Assembly: GCA_944342015.1 (NCBI GenBank)
Contig: CALVMC010000001.1
Location: forward strand, 249,241 to 313,240
Direction of reading: 5' to 3'
Source: an uncultured Clostridia bacterium
GTDB taxonomy: Bacteria; Bacillota; Clostridia; Christensenellales; CALVMC01
Length of the DNA stretch: 64,000 bases
Both the position numbers and the translations under genes were made by a program. Numbering within the stretch: the stretch's first letter is position 1; every line of letters starts with the position of its first letter. Positions 37,914 through 47,936 of the stretch are shown here, piece after piece. The notes beneath the pieces are model-generated. The model searched no databases. It was not told where the DNA came from and worked only from the letters and a program-made list of their open reading frames with translations.

Positions 37914-39232
37914 AAAACAACTTCTCCTTTAAGATCGTTTTTAACAAAACCGTTTATTTTAACTTTATAATAGTCTCCTATACGCATAAGAGTATCGGCA
38001 GTAAATATAACCTTGCCGTCAATATCGGGCGCCATAAATTCTGTACGGCCTAAAAATTTCTGTTTAGAATAATCGATACCTTCATATACGACATCGTAAG
38101 TTTTACCTATAAATTTCTTTTTAAGTTCAGGCATTAAAGAAGACTGTATAGAAAGCAATTCTTTCAATCTTCTGTCTTTTGTAATAGAAGAAATCTGCCC
38201 TTCTAACTCTGCCGCAACGGTTCCGTCTTCCTTAGAGTATTTAAAAAAACCGCAATAATCTAACTTATATTCTTTAAGAAAGTTTTTAAGTTCGGTAAAC
38301 TCTTTTTCGCTTTCTTGCGGAAATCCCGTAATAAATGTGGAGCGTATTGCAATATTTTCATTGATATTTCTTATATCGTCTATAAGTTTTCTTATTTTAT
38401 CGCCCGTGGTTCTACGACCCATTAATTTAAGAATTCTGTCATTTATATGTTGCATAGGAATATCCATATACTTACATATCTTGGGATTTTCGCTGATATA
38501 TTTAATAAGCTTCTTGTCGACGGATTCAGGATAAAGATACAACAGACGAATTCTCTTGAAATCGATTTTAGACAATTTGTCAAGCAATGGAATTAACATT
38601 CTGCCTGTTCCGAAATCTATGCCGTAATCAGCCGTATTTTGAGCAACAAGAATAATTTCTCTTATACCTTCATCGGCGATTTTCTGAGCCTGATATATTA
38701 AATTGTCGGATTCCACAGAACGATATTTACCTTTAATCGAAGGGATTGCACAATAAGTGCATTTATTATAGCAACCGTCTGCAATTTTCAAATAAGCGTA
38801 ATTTTGAGTTGTAAGATATCTTTCTTTTAAATTCTCACGGTCATCTTTATCGTTTGGAATATATAAAGGTTTTTCCGATTTTATAACATCCCAAATTTTT
38901 GAATAATTTGCTGTTCCGATAAAACCGTCTATTTCGGGAATTTCACTTTTTATTTCTTCAAAATACCTCTGAGGAAGACAACCGGTTATAATAAGTTTTT
39001 GCAACAAACCTGTTTTTTTAAGTTGAGCGGCACGGAAAATTTCATTTATACTTTCCTTTTTGGCGTCGTCGATAAAAGCGCAGGTATTAATAATTATAAT
39101 ATCCGCATCGTTTTCATCGTTAACAATGGTTGCGCCTTTACCTTGAAGAATTGCGAGCATATATTCCGTATCTACGGTATTTTTATCGCAACCTAATGAA
39201 ATCACGCCGATTTTCAAATTATTCTTCGTCAT
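37910..39232 (-). CDS. rimO: Ribosomal protein S12 methylthiotransferase RimO
   Basis: The ORF-track start at 39265 is a TTG. I prefer ATG at 39232 (MTKNNLKIGVISLGCDKNTVD). Radical SAM CYNKCTYC and a C-terminal TRAM domain. The start remains uncertain. Confidence 0.85.
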   Translation of the reverse strand: MTKNNLKIGVISLGCDKNTVDTEYMLAILQGKGATIVNDENDADIIIINTCAFIDDAKKESINEIFRAAQLKKTGLLQKLIITGCLPQRYFEEIKSEIPEIDGFIGTANYSKIWDVIKSEKPLYIPNDKDDRENLKERYLTTQNYAYLKIADGCYNKCTYCAIPSIKGKYRSVESDNLIYQAQKIADEGIREIILVAQNTADYGIDFGTGRMLIPLLDKLSKIDFKRIRLLYLYPESVDKKLIKYISENPKICKYMDIPMQHINDRILKLMGRRTTGDKIRKLIDDIRNINENIAIRSTFITGFPQESEKEFTELKNFLKEYKLDYCGFFKYSKEDGTVAAELEGQISSITKDRRLKELLSIQSSLMPELKKKFIGKTYDVVYEGIDYSKQKFLGRTEFMAPDIDGKVIFTADTLMRIGDYYKVKINGFVKNDLKGEVVL

Positions 39233-42200
39233 CTTTGCTGTCCCAAAATTCCTGGAATTCTTCAAGACTCCATTTTATATCTCTTCCGCTTTTATTGGTA
39301 TTGTCCGGTAAATCGATAAGTCCCAATCTTTCCATGGTATCCACAATTTTACCGGCACGAGGATAACCGAAACCGAAACTTCGCTGAATAGAAGAAACCG
39401 AAACTTTTTTATTGTTTGTTATATAATGCTCTACGACATCGTAAAATGCGGTATCGTATTCGTTTCCCTTAGAAGACCTGTAAGCGCCATCATCGCTGTC
39501 GGAACTTTCATCTTCCGTAATAGCTTTAAGTAATTCTTCGTCAAACGAAGTGGGGTTGTTTTTAGTAATATAGTTAGTAATAGCCTCTACTTCCTTAGTA
39601 GAAATATAAGGACATTGAAGTCTTTTTTCAACGCCGTTTTCTCCGTCCATTAAGCACAACAAGTCGCCGTTGCCGAGAAGGTATTCCGCCCCGCCTTTAT
39701 CGAAAATAGTTTTGGAGTCAAACATCGAAGCGACTCTGAAAGCAATTCTCGAAGGAAGATTTGCTTTAATAAGACCGGTAATAACATCGACGGAAGGTCT
39801 TTGAGTTGCAATAACAAGGTGAATACCCGCAGCCCTTCCTATCTGACCTATTTTAGTAATTGCTTTTTCAACTTCTGTTTTAGAAGCCATCATAAGATCG
39901 TTCAATTCATCGACGACGCAAAGAAGATAGGGTATTTTTTTATCGTACATATTATTGTATTCTGAAAGATTTCTGACCCTTAGTTTTGAGAAAAGTTTAA
40001 ATCTCGATTCGATTTCCGTTATAAGCCATTTCAAAGACATAATAGCCTGATTAGCGTCGCAAATGCTGTCTCTGAAAAGCATATGAGGCAAGCCGTTATA
40101 AAGATTAAGTTCCACTCTTTTGGGGTCTATAAGAATAAGCCTTAATTGCTGAGGCGAATATCTGTAAAGCAGACTGCATAGCAATACATTAATAAAGACG
40201 CTTTTACCTGAACCTGTTGCGCCTGCCGCAAGAATATGTTTAGCCTTGGCAAGGTCATAAATATTTTCTTTACCGTTAATATCTTTACCTAAACCGAATA
40301 ATCTTTCACCTTTTGCGGTATTGAATTCCACAGATTCTATGAGATCACGGAAATTAACAGTTTCTCGTTCATTTGGTAATAGAGGCACTTCGATACCGAA
40401 AACATCAGTTCCCGGAATAGGAGTTTCGAGTTTTACCATAGCAGCGGCTTTTAGACGCATTGTCAGGTCTTCCTCTTTACCTTTGATTTTTGATATAGGA
40501 ACATTTAAAGGCTTTTCTACTTCGAATTTTGCCGTACTCGGACCACGCTTATATCCTTTAACCTGAACTTCGATACCCAAATCTCCGTATGTTTGTTCGA
40601 TAATTCTGCATTTTTCGGTAAAATCGATTTCCGAAACGCTGTTTTTGCTTTGGTTAAGCAAGGAAACAGGAGGAGCTATATATGGAGTATCTTCTCCGCT
40701 GTACAGAACTTTTATCTCGTCTTCCTTATCTTCGTCGTTATGGGTATGCGAATGCGAACTTTCATTTGTCTTTCTAACCGCATTTTCCGAAACTGCCATC
40801 ATTGTATAACCGCCGCCGGAATTAGAAGAAGTTTCGGCCTTTCTTTTAAATTCTTTTAAAGCTCTTTTTCTTTCTTCTTTTGAAGGACGCAGCGTATCGT
40901 CATCGAAAACCGATTTATAAGCTTCGGAAGAACCTTGCGCTTCTATATTTTCAGCGTAATCGATATTCTTTTCAACTTCTTTAAACTTTTTGTTCCTGCT
41001 CAGTAATGCAGCCAAATCGTCTTCTGCGGTTTCTCCGCTGTGGCTGCTGTCGGACACTGTATTGAATGTATCTTCGTCAACCTCATCGGGAAGCTGAACA
41101 TACTCTTCTCTTTTAGATTTTTCTTCAACGGTTTTTTTTGTAGGAACGACAAATTCGTTCATATCACGCCTTTTGGGCTTTTCCGCAGGTTCACTTTGTT
41201 CGGTGTTTTCTTCGTTTGAATATATTCTGTGTTTCTTATATTCTTTATAACTTTCATAAGTTTTTTGATTTTCGGAGCTGCTATCAGACTGAATGGAAGA
41301 AGGTTCGCTATAAGAGTATGTATTTCCTTCGGAGCTGCTAGCAGACTGAGTGGAAGAAGGTTCGTTATACGAATAAGCATTTGCATATGATGAGGACTGA
41401 TAATAATTTTCCTCTCTGCTTTTTTTAAGTTCTTCTTCCGCTTCACGGTTTTTAAGGTATGCGTTATAGTAATCGTTAGCGTTAGTATCTTTGGTTATAA
41501 CGTCGCTTTTATCGCTTACGGGAGGTTGGGCAAAATTTTCAGGTTCATCATATTGACCGGTCATACCTTTAATTACCTGTTTAATTCTGTAATCGCTGAA
41601 ATAGTTCTGATATTGCGAATAATCTTTTTCTTCTTCTTTTTTCTTGCTTTTTTCGGATTTATCTTCTACCAAACCGAGATATTCTTTGGCACGCTGTTTT
41701 TTGTCAATTACAACATCCCCGTAATCGTTTTCATAAGGAACGGTATTTTTTTCGGTTAGGTCTTTATTGTCGTAATTAATATATTTATTTTCGGGAATAT
41801 AGTCCTCGTCTGAAATAGTGTTGATAATTTTTTGCTCGTCGATTTTGGGAGAAGAATAGCTGTCGTCTGAAAAAACGATATTTTCTTTTTCCGTATCTCC
41901 GTAATTTTTGGATAGGGTTATATCTTCTTCCGTTTCGTTATTTTTAGAAGAAAAAAGTGGTTTTAAAATATTTGTTCTTTTTTTCTTCTTTTTTAAAGTA
42001 AACACGTTAAGTTTATTTTTTTCTTCAATAATCTCGTCGGCGCTTTTTTTGGTAAACTTTGTTTTTCCCTGGCTTCCTACTTTAAGCGTTTTGAAAAAGC
42101 CTAAATCCTGCATTTTGTTTACCGTAAAAAGTATTACGAAAATAACAAGAAGAAAACTGAATATAACTACCGATGCAACATAACCGAAATATTTCAAAGG

Positions 42201-42596
42201 AACATAAAGAAATACAGAAAGGATTACCCCGCCTGCCGTAGAAGCGCTTTCATAAGAAGTTTTAAGATATTGCGAATATCCGCCGTCCGTCATATTCTGA
42301 GTAGTAACGAAATGGAAAATACAAATAAGTATTAAAAGTATTATCAAAAGTTTCAATCCCAAAGAACGAACAATGGTAATACGCTTGTTTAACATAAGGA
42401 ATATGCATGAGGCAAAAACCCCGAACACAATAGCATAAAAAGCGTATCCGAAAGCCCCTATAAAGAAACTGTTTATAGCTTTACTGAACGAGCCGAAGGA
42501 ATTAAAAAGCGATAAAATAAAAAACGATGAAACGGCAAGTAAGACAAGACCTAAAATTTGTCTTCTGGTAAATTTTTCGTGACTTCTTTTTCCCAT
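39219..42596 (-). CDS. ftsK: DNA translocase FtsK/SpoIIIE with an unusually long low-complexity linker
   Basis: 1125 aa. Four N-terminal TM helices, a linker of roughly 450 aa, the motor domain (Walker A GATGSGKSV, DELNDLM), and a C-terminal gamma winged-helix domain. Confidence 0.93.
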   Translation of the reverse strand: MGKRSHEKFTRRQILGLVLLAVSSFFILSLFNSFGSFSKAINSFFIGAFGYAFYAIVFGVFASCIFLMLNKRITIVRSLGLKLLIILLILICIFHFVTTQNMTDGGYSQYLKTSYESASTAGGVILSVFLYVPLKYFGYVASVVIFSFLLVIFVILFTVNKMQDLGFFKTLKVGSQGKTKFTKKSADEIIEEKNKLNVFTLKKKKKRTNILKPLFSSKNNETEEDITLSKNYGDTEKENIVFSDDSYSSPKIDEQKIINTISDEDYIPENKYINYDNKDLTEKNTVPYENDYGDVVIDKKQRAKEYLGLVEDKSEKSKKKEEEKDYSQYQNYFSDYRIKQVIKGMTGQYDEPENFAQPPVSDKSDVITKDTNANDYYNAYLKNREAEEELKKSREENYYQSSSYANAYSYNEPSSTQSASSSEGNTYSYSEPSSIQSDSSSENQKTYESYKEYKKHRIYSNEENTEQSEPAEKPKRRDMNEFVVPTKKTVEEKSKREEYVQLPDEVDEDTFNTVSDSSHSGETAEDDLAALLSRNKKFKEVEKNIDYAENIEAQGSSEAYKSVFDDDTLRPSKEERKRALKEFKRKAETSSNSGGGYTMMAVSENAVRKTNESSHSHTHNDEDKEDEIKVLYSGEDTPYIAPPVSLLNQSKNSVSEIDFTEKCRIIEQTYGDLGIEVQVKGYKRGPSTAKFEVEKPLNVPISKIKGKEEDLTMRLKAAAMVKLETPIPGTDVFGIEVPLLPNERETVNFRDLIESVEFNTAKGERLFGLGKDINGKENIYDLAKAKHILAAGATGSGKSVFINVLLCSLLYRYSPQQLRLILIDPKRVELNLYNGLPHMLFRDSICDANQAIMSLKWLITEIESRFKLFSKLRVRNLSEYNNMYDKKIPYLLCVVDELNDLMMASKTEVEKAITKIGQIGRAAGIHLVIATQRPSVDVITGLIKANLPSRIAFRVASMFDSKTIFDKGGAEYLLGNGDLLCLMDGENGVEKRLQCPYISTKEVEAITNYITKNNPTSFDEELLKAITEDESSDSDDGAYRSSKGNEYDTAFYDVVEHYITNNKKVSVSSIQRSFGFGYPRAGKIVDTMERLGLIDLPDNTNKSGRDIKWSLEEFQEFWDSKDDEE
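41273..41386 (-). repeat. Tandem 57-bp (19-codon) duplication inside the ftsK linker
   Basis: Copy 1 spans 41273-41329 and copy 2 spans 41330-41386. The first ~40 nt are nearly identical (CGGAGCTGCTAnCAGACTGAnTGGAAGAAGGTTCG). They encode SYNEPSSTQSASSSEGNTY and SYSEPSSIQSDSSSENQKTY. Confidence 0.7.
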
Positions 42597-42686
42597 GATA
42601 TAACTCCCTGAAATATAAAAAAATTATACCATATATCTTAAATTTTCTCAAATAAAAACGCATATATATACTTATTTTTTAAAATT

Positions 42687-42714
42687 AAAATTCAGCAAGC
42701 GTTTGCTGAATTTT
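42687..42714 (-). terminator. Hairpin terminator between the M16 peptidase gene and ftsK
   Basis: AAAATTCAGCAA-GCGT-TTGCTGAATTTT, a 12-bp stem with T-rich flanks in both orientations. Confidence 0.65.
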
Positions 42715-42845
42715 AAATACTTTTAATCTTATTTTGCAATATTCCGACCGATTGTTATCGAAGTTGATTATAAAATAAAATTTAACTTAATAACTGCCTG
42801 CTTATAAATAGTCGAAAGTATAAATATTTATACTCAAAATTTATA

Positions 42846-44108
42846 TCAGGATTTATTCACAAGACTGAACGGTTCGAAAACCGATTTTTTCCCGACATAA
42901 GAGACAGCCATTTGGTTATAATCAAAAACTTCACCTATTACATCGTTTACGGATTTTATATCAAGAGAATTAATAGAAGAAATTCTTTTTTCAATATCAT
43001 AAATATCGTTTTGATAAAGCATATATTTTCCGTAAGCTCTCATTATTGCAGACGAACTTTCCTGCCCTAAAATAAGCGAACTTTTGAGCTGTTCTTTTGC
43101 TTTATCGAATTCGCTTTGGAAAATACCCTCTTTTTTTATTTTGTCTATTTCTTCAATTACGGCAGCGGAAGCTTTTTCTCCCTTGTCGGGCGCCGTTCCT
43201 AAATAGACGGATAAAAACCCGTTGTTTCTGTAAACCGACGGATAGGAATAAACGGAATAACACAGTCCCATACTTTCTCTTATTTTCTGAAATAGTCTCG
43301 AACTCATTCCGCCTCCGAAAACGGTGTTCAAAACCGCAACTTTGAGTTCGTTATCACTGGCAAATTCAAATGAGGGAAAACCGAAAAATATATTCGATTG
43401 CTCTAAATTCTTAAAGGATTTACAGTATGATTGTTTGGCAATATGTTTTTCGCCATAGTTTTTAAATCCTTTTGTTTTTTTGAAATTACCATCAAAATAT
43501 TTTTCCACTAAGTCTTTGCACTTCTCGAATTCAATATTTCCCGCTACGGAAATAACGGTATTATCCGCAGTATAATGTTCTTTCATATACGAAGTAAGAC
43601 GCTCTCTTGTGAACTCACGAACATTTTTTCTTGTACCGAGTATTGGTCGAGCCAAAGGGTGCTTTCCGAAAAAAGCCTTAAAAAGAAGTTCCGAAGCCAA
43701 ATCGTCGGGGGTATCTTCCGTCATGGAAATTTCTTCGAGAACTACTCCCTTTTCCATTTCTATTTCTTTTTCCGAAAATACCGAATTAAACACTATATCG
43801 CTTAAAAGTTCCATGCATTTTTCGGCATGTTCATCGACGGAAACGGTATAGTACGCAGTCATTTCCTTTGCCGTAAAAGCATTTATCTGTGCGCCTATTT
43901 TATCTGCGTCTTCGGCAATATTAAAAGCCGTTCGGTTAGTTGTACCTTTGAACAACATATGTTCTATAAAATGCGAAATTCCGTTATCCTCGCTTTTTTC
44001 ACAGGTACTTCCGACATCGAAAAATACGCCTATCGAAACCGACTTTGTATAATCCATTTTTTTATGAACTAATTTCAGACCGCTTTTAAATTCAAATTTT
44101 CCGTCCAT
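42846..44108 (-). CDS. M16 family zinc peptidase (MlpA/YmxG-like)
   Basis: 420 aa. Inverted zinc motif HFIEH (HxxEH) followed by a downstream E. Synteny pnp, ylxY-like, M16 as in B. subtilis. Confidence 0.9.
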   Translation of the reverse strand: MDGKFEFKSGLKLVHKKMDYTKSVSIGVFFDVGSTCEKSEDNGISHFIEHMLFKGTTNRTAFNIAEDADKIGAQINAFTAKEMTAYYTVSVDEHAEKCMELLSDIVFNSVFSEKEIEMEKGVVLEEISMTEDTPDDLASELLFKAFFGKHPLARPILGTRKNVREFTRERLTSYMKEHYTADNTVISVAGNIEFEKCKDLVEKYFDGNFKKTKGFKNYGEKHIAKQSYCKSFKNLEQSNIFFGFPSFEFASDNELKVAVLNTVFGGGMSSRLFQKIRESMGLCYSVYSYPSVYRNNGFLSVYLGTAPDKGEKASAAVIEEIDKIKKEGIFQSEFDKAKEQLKSSLILGQESSSAIMRAYGKYMLYQNDIYDIEKRISSINSLDIKSVNDVIGEVFDYNQMAVSYVGKKSVFEPFSLVNKS

Positions 44109-44186
44109 ATTATCTCCTTTGTATTAGTATAACGCATTTTAATTATTTTACTATACAGACAGATAAATTGTAAAGTATGAGAAAAA

Positions 44187-44900
44187 TCAAACTGAAATTT
44201 TAAGATTTTCACTGACGGTTACCGCATCGAGATTGTTTGTCTTGTAATATTCCAAAATATCCGGAAGTGCTTTTAGAGTATGTTCCGTAGGATGCATGAG
44301 TACAAGGTCTCCTCCTTTTGCGTTTTTTGTCGCTCTCGTGTACACAAGCGAACTGTCTTTATCACGCCAGTCTATCGTATCCTTACTCCACATTATGACG
44401 CTGTAATTCAATTCTTTGCAGACATTCAGAGTCGAAGTGCCGAAAGAACCCGAAGGCGGTGCGAAAAGCCTTGTATTAAAACCCGTTAACTCATAAATCT
44501 GACTCTGTGTAATTTCTATTTCCTCTCTGTTCCTGCTTTCGCTTAATGTTTTATGGTCTTTATGCAGATAACCGTGATTTCCTATTTCGTGTTCGGCTTC
44601 GAATATTTTTTGTAATACAGAAGGATTGTCTCTTACCCAACTTCCACCCACAAAAAAAGTAGCTTTTACATTGTACAGTTCAAAAACTTCAAGCATCGGT
44701 TCTATGTATTCGGTTCCCCAATAAACATTTATCATAAGAGAAATTTTGTTATCGTTTATATCTCCGCAATAATATGGATTTGCGCCTTCACTGCTTGCAA
44801 GCTCCACAGTATCTTCAAGCGAAAAAAATACCAAAGTACAAAGCATCATAACTATAACGCAATTGCAAATTCCTCTCAAAATTCTCTGTCTGTTTTTCAT
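44187..44900 (-). CDS. Polysaccharide deacetylase family sporulation protein (YlxY/PdaB-like)
   Basis: The ORF-track start at 44906 is a GTG. ATG at 44900 has GGAGAG 5 nt upstream. NodB-domain motifs are present (TFFVGG, HEIGNHGYLH, LMH). N-terminal TM/signal segment. Confidence 0.85.
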   Translation of the reverse strand: MKNRQRILRGICNCVIVMMLCTLVFFSLEDTVELASSEGANPYYCGDINDNKISLMINVYWGTEYIEPMLEVFELYNVKATFFVGGSWVRDNPSVLQKIFEAEHEIGNHGYLHKDHKTLSESRNREEIEITQSQIYELTGFNTRLFAPPSGSFGTSTLNVCKELNYSVIMWSKDTIDWRDKDSSLVYTRATKNAKGGDLVLMHPTEHTLKALPDILEYYKTNNLDAVTVSENLKISV

Positions 44901-45197
44901 CCACACTCTCCGATCAGTTAAATATTTTAGATTATCAATGTTTTTATAATAATTCTAAATAAATTTATGCTGCGTAAAATCATATTATGTTTAATTTGAA
45001 AATTTGCCCACACTGAAAAAACTGTAATTAAATTTTATGACGCTAATTTATAATTCAATATTTTAAACTTAATTAATAAAGCAATTTTGTCTTTATTAAA
45101 TACGATTATATTTTTATTAATCTATACAGTTTTATTAGAATATTTTAAATAATAACTTATAATCGATTAACTTAAACGAAATAATTTTCTAATAACA

Positions 45198-45227
45198 CAA
45201 AAAAACACCGCTTTAAGCGGTGTTTTA
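45198..45227 (-). terminator. Rho-independent terminator after pnp
   Basis: ACACCGC-TTTAA-GCGGTGT with an A-run on the plus side (a U-run on the minus strand). 22 nt after the pnp stop. Confidence 0.8.
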
Positions 45228-45248
45228 TTTGCGTCACAAAGTTAACTT

Positions 45249-47330
45249 TCAGAACTTTTCTATTAATTTTAAATCGATTCTTCCTTTATCGTCGATTTTT
45301 ATTACTTTGACTTTTACATTATCTCCGATATTGACTACATCTTCGACTTTTTCTACTCTTTCTTTTGAAAGTTTGGAAATGTGTATCATACCGTCTTTAC
45401 CGGGTGCAATTTCAACAAAAGCGCCGAATTGAAGAATTCTCACTACTTCGCCCGTAAATTCATCTCCGACCTCGGGATCCTTAGCAATACTTAAAATCAT
45501 CTTCTTTGCTTTTTCTATCATATCGATATCGGAACTTGCGATAAGAACCAATCCGTCATCGTTTATATCGATTTTAACTCCGGTATCGTCGATAATTTTA
45601 TTTATTACCTTACCGCCTGAACCTATTACCTCTCTTATTTTATCGGGATCGATATTAAAAGATTCTATTTTAGGCGCATATTTAGAAAGCTGAGGACGGG
45701 GCTTGCTTAATACGTCGGTCATTTTTCCGAGAATATGCATTCTTCCTTCTTTTGCCTGAGCTAATGCTGTTTTGAGAATTTGCTCGTCGATACCCTTGAT
45801 TTTTATATCCATTTGAATAGCAGTTACACCGTCTTTGGTTCCCGCTACCTTAAAGTCCATATCTCCCAAAAAGTCTTCTAAACCTTGTATGTCGGAAAGT
45901 ATCGCAACCTTACCGCTTTCGGGATCTTTAATAAGTCCCATAGCGATACCTGCAACAGGCGCTTTAATGGGAACGCCTGCGTCCATAAGAGCAAGAGTAG
46001 AACCGCATACGCTTGCCTGAGAAGTGGAACCGTTGGAACTCAATACTTCCGATACCGTTCTTATAGCATACGGAAAATCGCTTTCACTGGGCAAAACAGG
46101 TTCCAAAGCTCTTTCAGCAAGGGCTCCGTGACCGATTTCCCTTCTTCCCGGACTTTTTAAAGGTTTTGCTTCGCCCGTAGAATACGGAGGCATATTATAG
46201 TGATGCATATATCTTTTGAATATATCATCGTCGAGTCCTTCAAGCTTTTGAACTTCGCTTATCGACCCTAATGTAGCCGTTGTCAAAGCCTGAGTCTGTC
46301 CTCTTGTAAAAACACCGCTGCCGTGAACTCTGGGAAGCACTCCGACTTCACACCATATAGGTCTTATTTCGGTTAACTTTCTTCCGTCAGGTCTGATACC
46401 GTTATTGAGTATTTTATATCTTACCTTTTCCTTTTTGATATTGTACAGCACGGCGTCTATATCCTTAACGCTGTCAGGGAAAATTTCGGCAAAATGTTCT
46501 CTTACTTCTTTGGTCAATTCCTCTTCTCTGTTTTCTCTTTCCGTTCTGTCGAAAGCTTCCAAAACATAATCCATTTTTTTATCGGCAAATTTTCTTACCT
46601 CTTTGTCGATTTCTTCGGGAACCTGATATATTTCGATTTCCTGTTTAGGCTTTCCTACTTCTTTTACTATTCCTTCGATAAATGTTACGATTTTCTTTAT
46701 TTCTTCGTGACCGAATAAAATAGCGCCTAAAATGTCTTCTTCGCTTACGATATTAGCACCGGCTTCAACCATCATTATTGCGTCTTTTGTACCGCTTAAC
46801 GATATATGCATTGTGGACTTTTCTCTTTGCTCGTTATCGGGGTTGATTACATATTTACCGTCAACCATTCCGACTACAACCGAACCGGTAGGACCTGCAA
46901 AAGGAATATCGGAAATGGAAAGAGCAATCGAACTTCCTAACATTCCGAACACTTCCGGAGGTATATTCGTATCAACCGAAAGAGCGGTTGCAACGACTGC
47001 AACATCGTTATAAAATCCTTTCGGGAATAACGGTCTTATAGGTCTGTCGATAAGACGGGAAGTCAAAATCGCCTTATCGCTTGGTCTTCCTTCTCTTTTT
47101 TTGAAGCCGCCGGGGATTTTGCCGACTGCATACATTTTTTCTTCGAAATCGACTCCTAACGGAAAGAAATCTATTCCGTCACGGGGAGTCTGAGCCATAG
47201 TGGCGTTTGTAAGAACAACGGTATCGCCGCATCTTATAAGACAAGAACCGTTTGCCTGACCGCAATAAGCCCCGATTTCGACGCTTACTTCTCTTCCGCC
47301 GATAGTGGTTTTAAAAATTTTTCTGTCCAT
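45249..47330 (-). CDS. pnp: Polyribonucleotide nucleotidyltransferase (PNPase)
   Basis: ATG at 47330 ([12 protein letters not shown]) is preceded by GGAGGA. Two RNase PH domains, then KH and S1 domains ([15 protein letters not shown]). Confidence 0.97.
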   Translation of the reverse strand: MDRKIFKTTIGGREVSVEIGAYCGQANGSCLIRCGDTVVLTNATMAQTPRDGIDFFPLGVDFEEKMYAVGKIPGGFKKREGRPSDKAILTSRLIDRPIRPLFPKGFYNDVAVVATALSVDTNIPPEVFGMLGSSIALSISDIPFAGPTGSVVVGMVDGKYVINPDNEQREKSTMHISLSGTKDAIMMVEAGANIVSEEDILGAILFGHEEIKKIVTFIEGIVKEVGKPKQEIEIYQVPEEIDKEVRKFADKKMDYVLEAFDRTERENREEELTKEVREHFAEIFPDSVKDIDAVLYNIKKEKVRYKILNNGIRPDGRKLTEIRPIWCEVGVLPRVHGSGVFTRGQTQALTTATLGSISEVQKLEGLDDDIFKRYMHHYNMPPYSTGEAKPLKSPGRREIGHGALAERALEPVLPSESDFPYAIRTVSEVLSSNGSTSQASVCGSTLALMDAGVPIKAPVAGIAMGLIKDPESGKVAILSDIQGLEDFLGDMDFKVAGTKDGVTAIQMDIKIKGIDEQILKTALAQAKEGRMHILGKMTDVLSKPRPQLSKYAPKIESFNIDPDKIREVIGSGGKVINKIIDDTGVKIDINDDGLVLIASSDIDMIEKAKKMILSIAKDPEVGDEFTGEVVRILQFGAFVEIAPGKDGMIHISKLSKERVEKVEDVVNIGDNVKVKVIKIDDKGRIDLKLIEKF

Positions 47331-47433
47331 ACATCCTCCAACATGCATTGCAAATTTACCGTAAAAAACTTCTTAACAGTTATTATTTAAGCTGTTTTTC
47401 AGAATAATTATTGGGTTGCAATGCGAAAATAAG

Positions 47434-47460
47434 CAAAAAGAGCGGTAAAAGCACCGCTCT
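47434..47460 (-). terminator. Hairpin between rpsO and pnp (terminator/attenuator)
   Basis: AGAGCGGT-AAAAGC-ACCGCTCT (8 bp), followed on the minus strand by TTTTT. It begins 7 nt after the rpsO stop. Confidence 0.7.
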
Positions 47461-47466
47461 TACATA

Positions 47467-47730
47467 TTACTTTCTTAAATTTAATTCTTTAATTATTGTT
47501 CTGTAACGTTCTATATCCTTATTCATAAGATATTTAAGCAAATTTCTTCTTACGCCTACCATCTGCAAAAGACCTCTTCTGCTATGGAAATCCTTCGGAT
47601 GCTTTGCAAGATGTTCGTTAAGTTGTTGAATTCTGCTTGTCAGAAGAGCAATCTGCACTTCGGGAGAACCGGTATCTCCTTCGTGACGAGCGTACTTTGC
47701 AATAATTTCGTTTTTAGTTATGTTATCCAT
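47467..47730 (-). CDS. rpsO: 30S ribosomal protein S15
   Basis: 87 aa. [17 protein letters not shown]...H.KD.HSRRGLL signature. Confidence 0.97.
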   Translation of the reverse strand: MDNITKNEIIAKYARHEGDTGSPEVQIALLTSRIQQLNEHLAKHPKDFHSRRGLLQMVGVRRNLLKYLMNKDIERYRTIIKELNLRK

Positions 47731-47936
47731 TTTTTTACTCCTTATTCGGATAATAATTTACAATAACTGAGTAAAGCGTCGGAGAAATCGCTTAACTAAG
47801 TTAACGCATAGATATAATCTATCACAATATTAAAAAAAAATCAAACCTTTTAAAGGTATAAAAATAAATAATATTTTTAAGGTAATAAGTATAATTAAAG
47901 TTTTATCAGATTGAATATTGATACTGAAATAAGCAA

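Noticed and set aside
41159-41446. 95-aa same-strand alternative-frame ORF inside ftsK
   Set aside because: It overlaps the repetitive ftsK linker in another frame, and its internal repeat only mirrors the 57-bp DNA duplication. There is no RBS and no independent support.
47731-47936. Possible S15 autoregulatory structure in the rpsO leader
   Set aside because: Only 4-5 bp helices (TTAAC/GTTAA, AGCG/CGCT) can be drawn by hand. This is not distinguishable from chance without folding software and covariation data.
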